DNA of 64,000 bases, taken from assembly GCA_963764715.1 (NCBI GenBank), contig CAVXTP010000002.1, positions 1-64,000 on the forward strand, in the 5' to 3' direction. Below are positions 55,444-64,000 of the stretch, in pieces. A program made the position numbers and the translations under genes. Within the stretch, counting starts at the first letter, position 1; each line of letters begins with the position of its first letter. This stretch comes from an uncultured Acidobacteriota bacterium. GTDB lineage: Bacteria; Acidobacteriota; Thermoanaerobaculia; UBA5066; Gp7-AA6. The notes below the pieces were generated by a model, which was not told where the DNA came from, did not search any database, and saw only the letters and a program-made list of their open reading frames with translations.

Positions 55444-55595
55444 CGGGTGACCGGCGTCACTCCCGCCGGGGCGCGGCCGCCGGACCGGGCAGCGGCTGGC
55501 CGCCGGGGCGTCTTCGCGCGCTGAGATTGCACGGATCTTTTTAGCATTCCGCACCGCTGTTTGCCTAAAAAAATGAGGCGAACGCCTGATACCGC

Positions 55596-55650
55596 TTGAC
55601 TTTCCGGCGTATTTTCCACATTCTTTTCTTAAATTTTCGGGGGAGGAAAG
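55596..55650 (+). promoter_or_regulatory. Candidate sigma70 promoter in AT-rich spacer, with strong RBS
   Basis: TTGACT at 55596, weak CATTCT 17 nt later, GGAGG before ATG 55654. Confidence 0.4.
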
Positions 55651-55653
55651 CGC

Positions 55654-57336
55654 ATGTTCAGGACGGCGCCCCGGCTCTTGGCGCTTCTGGTTTCGTCGGT
55701 CTGCCTGCTGGCGAAAAGCGCGGGCGCGCAGCCGATCGGAGGCATCGACTCTCCCGTGGACGGCCAGACGGTCTCCGGGATCGTTCGCGTTTCGGGATTC
55801 GTCCTCGACTTCAACGGCGTCAGCTCGATCGAGCTCCTCGTCGACGACGTCGCCATCAACCGGGCCGAAATGAACATCCCCCGGCCGGACATCCTCGAGA
55901 TCTTTCCGGCCTACAACAGCGGCGCGACGCCCCTGCCGGGTTTCCTCACGTCGTTCCTGGCGCGCGGCGCCTACAGCGACGGGCCGCACGCGATCTCGAT
56001 CCGGGTCACCGAGTCGGTGACCCAGGACCAGTACGTCTTCGGACCCGTCACGGTGATCGTCGACAACGAGAGCAACCAGGCTCCCTTTGGGTACGTCGAC
56101 ACGCCGGGCGAGGCCGGCCTCGACGGGGCGAACGGGTCCTTCGCCGTCACCGGCTGGGCGATCGACGACAACGACATCGACCACATCGACTTCCTGGTCG
56201 ACGGCCAGGTCGTCGCCGGGGCCGTCGGCCGCGGCGAGCCGTCCACGGCGATCTACGGGACGACCCGTCCGGACGTGGCGGCGGCCTTCCCCGACGTGCC
56301 GCTGGCCCTCTACTCGGGGTTCGTCGCCAACATCGACACGTCCCAGTTCATCAACGGCATCCACAACGTTTCGGTGCGCGCCACGGACAACGAAGGCGCG
56401 ACCCGAGAGATCGGCGCGCGGAGAGTCCAGATCGTCAACAACGGCCTGAACCTGGCGCCGTTCGGACGGATCGACTTCCCGCTCGACAAGGCCTCGCTCT
56501 TCTGCACTACGGTCGAAGGCGGATTCCCGTCGCCCTGCACGCCGGAAGTCTGCTTCCCGTCGACCTTCAACGTCGTCGCCGGCTGGGCCCTCGACGTCGG
56601 CTCTTCGCTCGACCGCGGCCAGGTGTCCTACGTCGAGCTTCTCCTCGACGGCCAGATCGTCGCCAACACGCGCAGCGACTGCACCCAGATCGGCGGCGCG
56701 CTGACGAACTGCTACGGCATCAACCGGCCCGACGTGGCCCGGAGCTACTCGGGCTTCGTCAACGCCGACAACGCCGGCTGGAGCTTCTCGTTCTTCCTCG
56801 GACGCGACACGACGAGCGGCCAGATCTCGATCCTGAGCCCGGTCACCGGCGCCGATCCGGTGCTCGTCGGCTACACCGTGGCCGGCAAGCACACGATCGC
56901 GATCCGGGTGGGTGACGAAGAGGAGACGCAGGCCCAGATCGGCGCGATCTCCGTCGACATCCTCTGCGACACGGACACGGGCGATCAGCCCGCCTTCGGA
57001 TTCATCGACACGCCCTCGGACTACCAGTTCATCAACGGCCTCTTCGAGGTCTTCGGCTGGGCCACCGACTTCCAGGGCGTCTCCCGCGTCGAGGTCGACG
57101 TCGACGGCCAGGTCGTCGGCAACGCGACGTACGGCCTGTTCCGACCGGACGTGCCGGCCAACGACTTCCGCGTCTCGACCGCGAACGTCGGACTGTCCTA
57201 CTTCCTCGACACGACGAAGCTGTCGAACACGCCGCACGACCTCGTGATCTACGTCGTCGACCGCGCCGGCCACCGCACCGAGATCGGACGCCGGAAGTTC
57301 GTCGTGGACAACGACGTCGTGGTGATCCACCACTAG
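55654..57336 (+). CDS. Secreted acidic protein with four tandem Ig-like repeats
   Basis: Signal peptide ending AGA-Q; four units G.ID.P...G(W/F)..D...(V/L)D...RPD(V/I). Confidence 0.75.
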   Translation: MFRTAPRLLALLVSSVCLLAKSAGAQPIGGIDSPVDGQTVSGIVRVSGFVLDFNGVSSIELLVDDVAINRAEMNIPRPDILEIFPAYNSGATPLPGFLTSFLARGAYSDGPHAISIRVTESVTQDQYVFGPVTVIVDNESNQAPFGYVDTPGEAGLDGANGSFAVTGWAIDDNDIDHIDFLVDGQVVAGAVGRGEPSTAIYGTTRPDVAAAFPDVPLALYSGFVANIDTSQFINGIHNVSVRATDNEGATREIGARRVQIVNNGLNLAPFGRIDFPLDKASLFCTTVEGGFPSPCTPEVCFPSTFNVVAGWALDVGSSLDRGQVSYVELLLDGQIVANTRSDCTQIGGALTNCYGINRPDVARSYSGFVNADNAGWSFSFFLGRDTTSGQISILSPVTGADPVLVGYTVAGKHTIAIRVGDEEETQAQIGAISVDILCDTDTGDQPAFGFIDTPSDYQFINGLFEVFGWATDFQGVSRVEVDVDGQVVGNATYGLFRPDVPANDFRVSTANVGLSYFLDTTKLSNTPHDLVIYVVDRAGHRTEIGRRKFVVDNDVVVIHH

Positions 57337-57368
57337 GACCAAACGGGGGGCACCCCGAGAAACCTTCG

Positions 57369-57395
57369 CCCCGCCGAAAGGCGGGGATTTTTTTT
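57369..57395 (+). terminator. Rho-independent terminator
   Basis: CCCCGCC-GAAA-GGCGGGG followed by A and a run of T. Confidence 0.9.
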
Positions 57396-57570
57396 GCCGT
57401 CGCTGGCCCCGTCGCTGCGCGCTTCGCTTCGGGTCTGCGCCTGCGGCGCACCGGCCTGCGGCTCGCGGACGGCGCTCGACTGCAGGCCTGACCCTGCGCT
57501 TCGCGCTTCGCTCCCGCGGCGCGGACCTCCTCCCTCCCTTCGGTCGGGAGACTATCCGCGCCGCGAATGG
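57396..57570. repeat. Highly structured intergenic element (repeat or ncRNA candidate)
   Basis: Nested stems gggtc/gaccc, tgcgcc/ggcgca, ggcctgc/gcaggcc; perfect 11-bp stem 57515-57525/57555-57565 around a CTTCGG loop; repeated gcgcttcgc. Confidence 0.55.
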
Positions 57571-57612
57571 ATGGGACATTGCCGCGGAAATGGTGGTTGC
57601 GCGGCTTTCGTC

Positions 57613-57638
57613 GTAGGGGCGGCCCTTGTGGCCGCCCT
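57613..57638 (+). repeat. GTAG-type REP palindrome
   Basis: GTAG GGGCGGCC CTTGT GGCCGCCC T. Confidence 0.8.
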
Positions 57639-57706
57639 TTCGTCCGACGCGCCGCCGTTCGGATTTCCCGGGGGCGGCATTGCCATACCCATAGAATCCC
57701 CGCACC

Positions 57707-58999
57707 GTGACGCCCGAAGAGAACCAGATTCTGACGCGGGTGGGGCCGGGGACGCCGATGGGGGCGGTGCTGCGGCGGTACTGGTTGCCGGTGATCGAGT
57801 CGGAGGAGCTGGGGGGGCCCGATGGGGCGCCGCGGCGGGTGAGGCTGCTGGGGGAGGACCTGGTGGCGTTCCGGGATTCCGAGGGGAGGGCCGCCCTTCT
57901 CGCCGAGGCCTGTCCGCACCGGCGGGCCTCGCTTTTCCTGGGACGCAACGAGCAGGGCGGGATCCGGTGCGTCTACCACGGCTGGAAGTTCGACGCGTCC
58001 GGGCGCTGCCTCGAGGCGCCCACCGAGCCGCCCGGCAGCCGGCTGAAGGACGGCGTCGCGGCGACGGCCTACGCCTGCCGGGAGCGCAACGGGATTCTCT
58101 GGGCGCGCCTCGGGGCGCAGGCCGGGAGCGAGGACGCGCTCGCGCCGCTCCCGGAGCTCGGCTGGACGGAGGTCCCGCCGACCCGGCGCGGGTCGTTCCA
58201 GTACCTGCGGCAGTGCAACTGGCTGCAGGCGCTCGAGGGCGACGTCGACACCGCGCACATCGGCTGGCTCCATGCCCGCTTTCGCCCGGACGGCGGCCGG
58301 GAGGTCGCCTACGGCGCCGGCGACGGTCTGCGCGACGTGACGACCCGGGACGTCCAGCCCGTCCTCCACGTCAAAGAAACGCCGGCCGGCCTGACGATCG
58401 GGGCCCGGCGGACCTACGACGCCGGGAACGACTACTGGCGCATCACGCAGTTCCTCATGCCGGTCTTCACGAGCGTGCCGGCGATCGGGGCGGAACGGCG
58501 CGCGAAGGCCTTCGTCCCGCTCGACGACGAGAACACCCTCGTCTGGGAGCCCAACTGGAGGACGGACGAGGACCTGCCCGCCTCGGGGCCGGGGAGCCGG
58601 CCGGGGCGCGTTCCGGAGAGCGGCTTCCGGTCCGACGGCCCCTCGCCGCTCGAGCGGCGGCGGCTGCAGGCCTCCCGCGAGAACGACTGGTTGATGGACC
58701 GGCAGCGCCAGCGCAGCCGGAACTTCACGGGCATGGAAGAGTCCCCGCCGATCCAGGACGCCGCGGTGCAGGAGAGCATGGGGCGCATCGTCGACCGCAG
58801 CCTCGAGCATCTCGGGGCCTCGGACGCGGGGATCATCCGGGTCCGGCAGCTCCTTCTCGAGGCGGCGAGGCGGGTGGGCCGGGGCGAGGAGCCCCCGGGA
58901 TCGAGGGACCCTTCGGCGTATCGCCGGCGCGGCTGCCAGCTCGTGCTACCGCGCGGCGCCGACTGGCAGGCGGCCTCGAAGGACGAGCAGGAGGGCTAG
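57707..58999 (+). CDS. Rieske aromatic oxygenase alpha subunit (phthalate 4,5-dioxygenase/LigX-like)
   Basis: LTRVGPGTPMG, CPHR..CVYHGWKFD, NWLQALEGDVDTAHIGWLH, QDAAVQESMG, EHLGASD. Confidence 0.9.
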   Translation: MTPEENQILTRVGPGTPMGAVLRRYWLPVIESEELGGPDGAPRRVRLLGEDLVAFRDSEGRAALLAEACPHRRASLFLGRNEQGGIRCVYHGWKFDASGRCLEAPTEPPGSRLKDGVAATAYACRERNGILWARLGAQAGSEDALAPLPELGWTEVPPTRRGSFQYLRQCNWLQALEGDVDTAHIGWLHARFRPDGGREVAYGAGDGLRDVTTRDVQPVLHVKETPAGLTIGARRTYDAGNDYWRITQFLMPVFTSVPAIGAERRAKAFVPLDDENTLVWEPNWRTDEDLPASGPGSRPGRVPESGFRSDGPSPLERRRLQASRENDWLMDRQRQRSRNFTGMEESPPIQDAAVQESMGRIVDRSLEHLGASDAGIIRVRQLLLEAARRVGRGEEPPGSRDPSAYRRRGCQLVLPRGADWQAASKDEQEG

Positions 59000-59027
59000 A
59001 CGGGCGGCGGCTGGGCAGCCCTCGGGC

Positions 59028-60656
59028 CTACTGCCCGCCGGCCTTGACGGCCAGGTCGCGCTTCTTCTTGGGCAGCGCGGCGATCCGGGCGGCCTCGCCG
59101 AAGAGGGTCAGGCCCTTCTGGATCTGGGGGTCGCCCGCGGCATAGGCGCGGCGGCCGGCCTCCGGCCCGAAGCGGGCGTTGACGATCTCGGTCTGGATGG
59201 CGAGGTCGATGAGGCTGCGGTTGGCATCCTCGTCGTAGGCCTTCTTGAGGTCGGCCGCCGTCGAGTACTTGGCGGACTTCTCGACGAACTGGAAGAACTC
59301 GTCGCGGATCTCGGGGGTGACCGTGAAGCTCTCGGCGATCTTCGGATGGCGGGCCAGCCAGTCGACCGCGAAGTTGAAGAACGCGTAGCGCACCAGGAGC
59401 TGTTGCAGGAGCTTCGAGTCGCGGTCGTTCTTGACGATCACGTCGGGCGTGATGCCGCCCTGCGCGTAAACCACGCGCCCGGCGTCGGTGTAGAAGACGG
59501 CGCTCTCGGCCGACGGGTGCGGCGCGTCCTCGCCCTTCTCGGCGGAGGCGTCCGGGTCGCCCGGGTTCACGTAGGCGAGCAGGTCGCTGTAGTCCCTCTG
59601 GATCCAGCGGCCCGACGGCGTGTAGTAGCGCGCGGTCGTCAGCGCGAGGCCGGCGCCGTAGGACAGCGTGTAGACGCTCTGGACGAGGCCCTTGCCCCAC
59701 GTGCGCTGGCCGACGATCACGCCGCGGTCGTGGTCCTGGATCGCGCCCGCGACGATCTCCGAGGCCGAGGCGGACCCGCGGTTGACGAGCACGACGAGGG
59801 GGTGGTCGTAGTGGGCGCCCTCGCCGGGGGCGAAGTACTCCTGCGCCGAGGAGGCCGTGCGGCCCCGCGTGTACGTGACCATCGAGCCCTTCGGAACGAA
59901 GACGTCCGACACGTCGACCGCCTGCTCGAGGACGCCGCCGGGGTTGCCGCGCAGGTCGAACACGAGCCTCTGCATGCCCTGCTTCTCGAGCTTCTCGATC
60001 GCCTCGTAGAGCTCGCGGTTCGAGGTGTGGGTGAAGTCGGACAGCATGATGTACCCGACGCCCGGCTCGAGCATGAAGGCGTAGCGGACCGACTTCGTCG
60101 GGATCTCGGCCCGCGTGATCGTCATCTTGATCGGCTCGTCGAAGCCCACCCGGCGCAGCGTGATCGCCACGTCGGTGCCCTTGGGGCCGCGGAGCTTGCG
60201 GACGACCTCCTCGGTCGTCGTCTCTTCCTTGAGCTCCTCGTCGCCGATGTGGGTGATGACGTCGCCGGCCCGGATGCCCATCTTGTAGGCGGGGGTGCCT
60301 TCCATCGGGGCGATGACCGTGATCTTGCCCATCCGCTTCTGGATCTGGATGCCGAGGCCGTAGAAGGAGCCGTGCTGCTTCTCCTTCATCTGGGAGAACT
60401 CGTCCGGCTCCAGGAAGGACGTGTGCGGATCGAGCCGGGAGAGCATCCCGTGGATCGAGGCGTAGACGATCTTGTCGGGCGCGACCGGCTCGGGCGCCCA
60501 GTCCGAAAGCGTCGTCAGGATGTCGGCGTACTCGTCGAGCGAGGGAATGTCCTTTTCGGGGCTGGCGGACAGCCGGCCCGCGAAGACGCCGCCCAGCAGG
60601 GTGGCACCGGCGACGACGGCGGTGGCCGCGAACAGTCGGGACTTCTGAGGACTCAA
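59028..60656 (-). CDS. S41 family C-terminal processing protease
   Basis: LDPHT, GLGIQI PDZ, DLRGNPGG, SASASEIVAGA, GKGLVQ, TARYYTPSGR; start approximate. Confidence 0.92.
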   Translation of the reverse strand: MSPQKSRLFAATAVVAGATLLGGVFAGRLSASPEKDIPSLDEYADILTTLSDWAPEPVAPDKIVYASIHGMLSRLDPHTSFLEPDEFSQMKEKQHGSFYGLGIQIQKRMGKITVIAPMEGTPAYKMGIRAGDVITHIGDEELKEETTTEEVVRKLRGPKGTDVAITLRRVGFDEPIKMTITRAEIPTKSVRYAFMLEPGVGYIMLSDFTHTSNRELYEAIEKLEKQGMQRLVFDLRGNPGGVLEQAVDVSDVFVPKGSMVTYTRGRTASSAQEYFAPGEGAHYDHPLVVLVNRGSASASEIVAGAIQDHDRGVIVGQRTWGKGLVQSVYTLSYGAGLALTTARYYTPSGRWIQRDYSDLLAYVNPGDPDASAEKGEDAPHPSAESAVFYTDAGRVVYAQGGITPDVIVKNDRDSKLLQQLLVRYAFFNFAVDWLARHPKIAESFTVTPEIRDEFFQFVEKSAKYSTAADLKKAYDEDANRSLIDLAIQTEIVNARFGPEAGRRAYAAGDPQIQKGLTLFGEAARIAALPKKKRDLAVKAGGQ

Positions 60657-60758
60657 GAGCGCTCCCTTCTCGAGGCTGGCATTGTGGCACGGAGGCCACC
60701 GAAAGTCTCGCCGGTCCATCCCGGCCGGCGTAAAATCCCCTCTGCGAGAGGACAGAAC

Positions 60759-61064
60759 ATGTTCGGTTCCATCGGCATGCCCGAATTGATCCTGATTTTC
60801 ATCGTGGCCCTTCTGGTTTTCGGCCCGAAGAAGCTGCCCGAGCTCGGCAAGTCCCTGGGCAAGGGCCTGGCGGAGTTCAAGAAGGCCTCGGAGGACCTGA
60901 AGCGCACGATCGAGGACGAAATCGAGCAGGGCAAGCACGAAGCCGAGGCGGTCAGGAAAGAGGTCGTCGGGCTCCCGAGCCCGCCGGCGCCCCCCGTCGC
61001 TCCCGAGGCCCGCCCCGCGGAGGGCGCGGTCCCCCGGTCCGACACCCCGATTCGTCCCGCTTGA
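60759..61064 (+). CDS. tatA: Twin-arginine translocase TatA/TatB subunit
   Basis: IGMPELILIFIVALLVFGPKKLPELGKSLGKGLAEFKKA. Confidence 0.88.
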   Translation: MFGSIGMPELILIFIVALLVFGPKKLPELGKSLGKGLAEFKKASEDLKRTIEDEIEQGKHEAEAVRKEVVGLPSPPAPPVAPEARPAEGAVPRSDTPIRPA

Positions 61065-61870
61065 GCGGCTTCAACCCGCGGGACCTCCTGGACGGGGCGG
61101 TCGGGCGCCCGCCGGCCGTCGAGGAAGATCTTCCGCGGATGGGCTTCTTCCAGCACCTCGACGAGCTGCGCAAGCGGCTGATCGTCTCGATCGTCGCCAT
61201 CTTCGTCGGCTTCCTTCTCGCATGGTACTGGGCCCCGCCGCTCTTCGACTTTCTCGCGCGCCCGATCCGCGAGGTGCTGCCTCCGGGGCAGAACCTCGCC
61301 TACACGACCCTGACCGAGCCCTTCATGATGTATTTCCGGGTCGCGCTGCTCGCGGGCATCCTGCTCGCTTCGCCGGTCGTGCTCTGGCAGATCTGGCTCT
61401 TCATCTCGCCGGCCCTCTACCGGCACGAGAAGCGCTGGATCTGGCCGTTCGTGACGTTCGGCGCGGCGTTCTTCCTGTCGGGCTGCGCGTTCTCGTACTA
61501 CGTCGCGTTCCCCCTCGTCGTCCGCTTTCTCGTCGACGTCGGGAAGCCCTTCCAGGCCGTCATCACGATCAACGAGTACCTCTCGATGGCGACCAAGCTC
61601 ATCCTGGCCCTCGGCCTCTGCTTCGAGATGCCGATCCTGATCTTCTTCCTGGCGCGCATCGGCATCGTCTCGGAGCGCTGGCTGCTCGCGAAGTTCAAGT
61701 ACGCCGTGCTGATCATCTTCATCGTGGCCGCCATCATCACGCCGTCGGCCGACGTCGCAACCCAGTGCGTGTTCGCGGTGCCGATGATCGTGCTGTACCT
61801 GCTCGGGATCCTCGCGGCCTGGCTGTTTCGCAAGCGGGAAGCGCCGCCGGCCGCCCCTCCGCCGGCGTAG
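61061..61870 (+). CDS. tatC: Twin-arginine translocase TatC
   Basis: HLDELRKRL, QIWLFISPALYRHEK, FEMP, AAIITP. Confidence 0.95.
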   Translation: MSGFNPRDLLDGAVGRPPAVEEDLPRMGFFQHLDELRKRLIVSIVAIFVGFLLAWYWAPPLFDFLARPIREVLPPGQNLAYTTLTEPFMMYFRVALLAGILLASPVVLWQIWLFISPALYRHEKRWIWPFVTFGAAFFLSGCAFSYYVAFPLVVRFLVDVGKPFQAVITINEYLSMATKLILALGLCFEMPILIFFLARIGIVSERWLLAKFKYAVLIIFIVAAIITPSADVATQCVFAVPMIVLYLLGILAAWLFRKREAPPAAPPPA

Positions 61871-61878
61871 GCCCGCCG

Positions 61879-62598
61879 ATGCGTCTCTCGATCCACGAAA
61901 GCGTCCTGGCGCTCTTCCCGGAGGTCGCGGTCGGTGCGGCGGCGGTGCGCGGCTTCGTGAACGACGGCGAGGACCCGGCCGTGACGCAGGCCCTGCGGCG
62001 CGCCGAAGCGGCCCTGCCCGGGAAGCTCGGCGGCACGCCGCCGGCCGAGCACCCGCGGATCGCGCTCTGGCGGGAGGCCTACCGGCGGTTCGGCGCCAGG
62101 CCCAAAGACCATCCGTCGTCCATCGAGAATCTCGTCCGACGGGTGCTGAAGGGCTGGACCGTGCCCCACGTCAACCGGCTCGTCGACCTGTACAACGCGC
62201 TGTCGCTCGAGACGCTCCTCCCGGCGGGCGCCGAGGACCTCGACGCGATCGCGGGCGACGTCGAGCTGAGGGTGGCGGGAGAAAACGAGCCGGCCGTGCG
62301 GCTCCTCGGGGAACCGGAGGAACGGTCCCCGCGGCCGGGGGAAGTCATTTACCGCGACCGGCTCGGCGCGATCTGCCGGCGCTGGAACTGGAAAGAGGCG
62401 GACCGCACGAAGCTGACCGCCGCGACGACCAACGCCCTCCTCGTCGTCGAGGGCTTGCCGCCGGTCGGCCGGGACGAGATCGCCGGGGCGCTCGCGGAGG
62501 CCGCGCGGAGGATCCGGGAGAGCTGCGGCGGCTCGGTGGAGACCGCCGTCCTCGACCGCGACCGGCCCGTCTTCGAGCTCAGCCCGGCCGCTGCGTGA
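61879..62598 (+). CDS. Stand-alone B3/B4 tRNA-editing domain protein
   Basis: WREAYRRFG, PSSIENL, LVDLYN, GAEDLD, CRRWNWKE. Confidence 0.88.
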   Translation: MRLSIHESVLALFPEVAVGAAAVRGFVNDGEDPAVTQALRRAEAALPGKLGGTPPAEHPRIALWREAYRRFGARPKDHPSSIENLVRRVLKGWTVPHVNRLVDLYNALSLETLLPAGAEDLDAIAGDVELRVAGENEPAVRLLGEPEERSPRPGEVIYRDRLGAICRRWNWKEADRTKLTAATTNALLVVEGLPPVGRDEIAGALAEAARRIRESCGGSVETAVLDRDRPVFELSPAAA

Positions 62599-63097
62599 CG
62601 AGTCCGGACTGGCCGTTGCGGTCGAGGATCCGCTCGATGAACTCCCGGACGGCGCCGCGGCCGCCCGCGTTCTCGAGGACGAGCGTGGCGGCCTTCCGCG
62701 CGGCCGGCACGGCGTCCGCCGGGCAGGCCGAGTAGCCCACGGCCTCGAACATCGGGATGTCGGTCTCGTCGTCGCCGATCGCCGCGGCCTGCGCCCCGGA
62801 CAGCTTCAGGCGCCGCAGGACCGCGTCGAGCTTCACCCGCTTGTCGCGGACGCCCTGGTAGCAGTACGGCACGCCGAGCTCCCGGGCGCGCCGCGCCGTG
62901 GCCGGCGACGAGCGGCCCGAGATCCAGCACAACGTGATTCCCGCCTGCGCCGCCTTGCGCAGGCCGTGGCCGTCCTTGGTGTTGAAGACCTTGAGCTCGT
63001 GGCCCCGCCCGTCGAGGTAGATGAGGCCGTCCGTCAGGACCCCGTCCACGTCGAGGAAGAGAACGCGGATCCTCTCGGTCCGACGCCGGCGCGCCAC
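62579..63097 (-). CDS. kdsC: KDO 8-phosphate phosphatase (HAD)
   Basis: LDVDGVLTDG, FNTKDG, IGDDETD, GGRGAVRE. Confidence 0.92.
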   Translation of the reverse strand: MARRRRTERIRVLFLDVDGVLTDGLIYLDGRGHELKVFNTKDGHGLRKAAQAGITLCWISGRSSPATARRARELGVPYCYQGVRDKRVKLDAVLRRLKLSGAQAAAIGDDETDIPMFEAVGYSACPADAVPAARKAATLVLENAGGRGAVREFIERILDRNGQSGLVTQRPG

Positions 63098-64000
63098 TAG
63101 AACCCGGCCGCCAGAAGGTCGTGCATGTGGAGCGCGCCGCCGAGGCGGCCCTCGCCGTCGACCACGAAGAGCGAGGTGATCTTGTGGGCCTGCATCGCCT
63201 CGCGCGCCGCCGAGGCGAAGTCGTCCGCGGGGATCGTCCGCGGATTCGGCCGGCAGCATTCGCCGGCGGTGCGCGCGAGCTGGGCGGGGTCCTTCTCGAG
63301 GAGCCGCCGGAGGTCGCCGTCGGAGATGACCCCGACGAGGCGCCCGGTCCCGTCGGCGACGGCCGTGACTCCCATCATCTTGCGGGACATCTCGTGGAGC
63401 GCCTCGGTCATCGACGCCCCGGACGGGACGACCGGGACGCGGTCCGCGACCCGCATCACGTCGCGGACCTTGAGGAACCGCCGGCCGAGGCTCCCGCCCG
63501 GGTGCAGGGCGGCGAAGTCCTCCTCTTTGAAGCCGCGGCGCTCCGAGATCGACAGGGCGAGCGCGTCGCCCATGGCGAGCATGGCTGTCGTCGAGGCCGT
63601 CGGCGCCAGGTTCAGGGGGCAGGCCTCCCGCGGGATCGCGACCGAGATCCGCAGCTCGGCCGCCCGGGCCACCGAGGAGCCGGGGGAGCCCGTCATCGCG
63701 ATCGTCCGGATCGAGCGCTGCCGAGCGAACTCGAGCAGGCGCACGACCTCGGGCGTCTCGCCCGAATAGGAGAGGGCGAGGACGACGTCGCCCGGCATGA
63801 GCATGCCGAGGTCGCCGTGGCTCGCCTCGCCCGCGTGGAGGAAGTAGGCCGGGGTTCCGGTCGAGGCCAGCGTCGCGGCGATCTTCTGGCCGATCAGGCC
63901 GGCCTTGCCGATGCCGGTCACGCAGAGTCGGCCCGACGAAGTGTCGATCGCGGCGACCGCCCGCTCGAAGTCGGCATCCAGGTTTTCGATCTGCCGCCGG
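63097..64000 (-). CDS. kdsD: KpsF/GutQ arabinose-5-phosphate isomerase with CBS pair; 5' end outside window
   Basis: TGIGKAG, STGTPA, HGDLG, SYSGET, APTASTT, HPGGSLG, SDGDLRR. Confidence 0.93.
   Translation of the reverse strand, partial: RRQIENLDADFERAVAAIDTSSGRLCVTGIGKAGLIGQKIAATLASTGTPAYFLHAGEASHGDLGMLMPGDVVLALSYSGETPEVVRLLEFARQRSIRTIAMTGSPGSSVARAAELRISVAIPREACPLNLAPTASTTAMLAMGDALALSISERRGFKEEDFAALHPGGSLGRRFLKVRDVMRVADRVPVVPSGASMTEALHEMSRKMMGVTAVADGTGRLVGVISDGDLRRLLEKDPAQLARTAGECCRPNPRTIPADDFASAAREAMQAHKITSLFVVDGEGRLGGALHMHDLLAAGF

Noticed and set aside
60684-60702. TGGCAC as a sigma54 promoter before tatA
   Set aside because: No TTGC -12 element at the required spacing

Overview
Very GC-rich bacterial chromosomal DNA, most consistent with an Acidobacteriota-like diderm (inferred from gene content). 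It is densely coding, with about 56 genes: PBP fragment, UvrA, beta-propeller diguanylate cyclase, two divergent ABC-2 systems (one GldA/F/G-like plus DUF4340), pentapeptide-repeat protein opposite a Ycf46-like AAA ATPase, mlaEFD plus UDP-sugar enzymes, plsC-mrp-macro domain, a CRTAC1/FG-GAP cluster with a membrane-anchored pentaheme-TPR protein and a rhomboid protease, lpxH, aroA, a giant sigma54 activator, sdaAB/sdaAA, a TMTC-like glycosyltransferase, thiL, lon, hsp20, nrdR, a secreted four-repeat protein, an orphan Rieske oxygenase, S41 protease, tatA/tatC, kdsC and kdsD. Roughly 25-30 single-base indels, mostly in homopolymer runs and including housekeeping genes, look like long-read consensus errors; genes were reconstructed across them. 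No rRNA, tRNA, CRISPR array or transposase was seen. The most notable items are (1) the uncharacterised CRTAC1/multiheme-TPR envelope module (28.1-39.8 kb) and (2) a layer of small repeats: heptamer arrays that supply start/stop codons or sit in frame inside uvrA, GTAG-REP palindromes with compensatory changes, a MITE-like element, a structured element, and local G-shifted codon usage next to some repeats.
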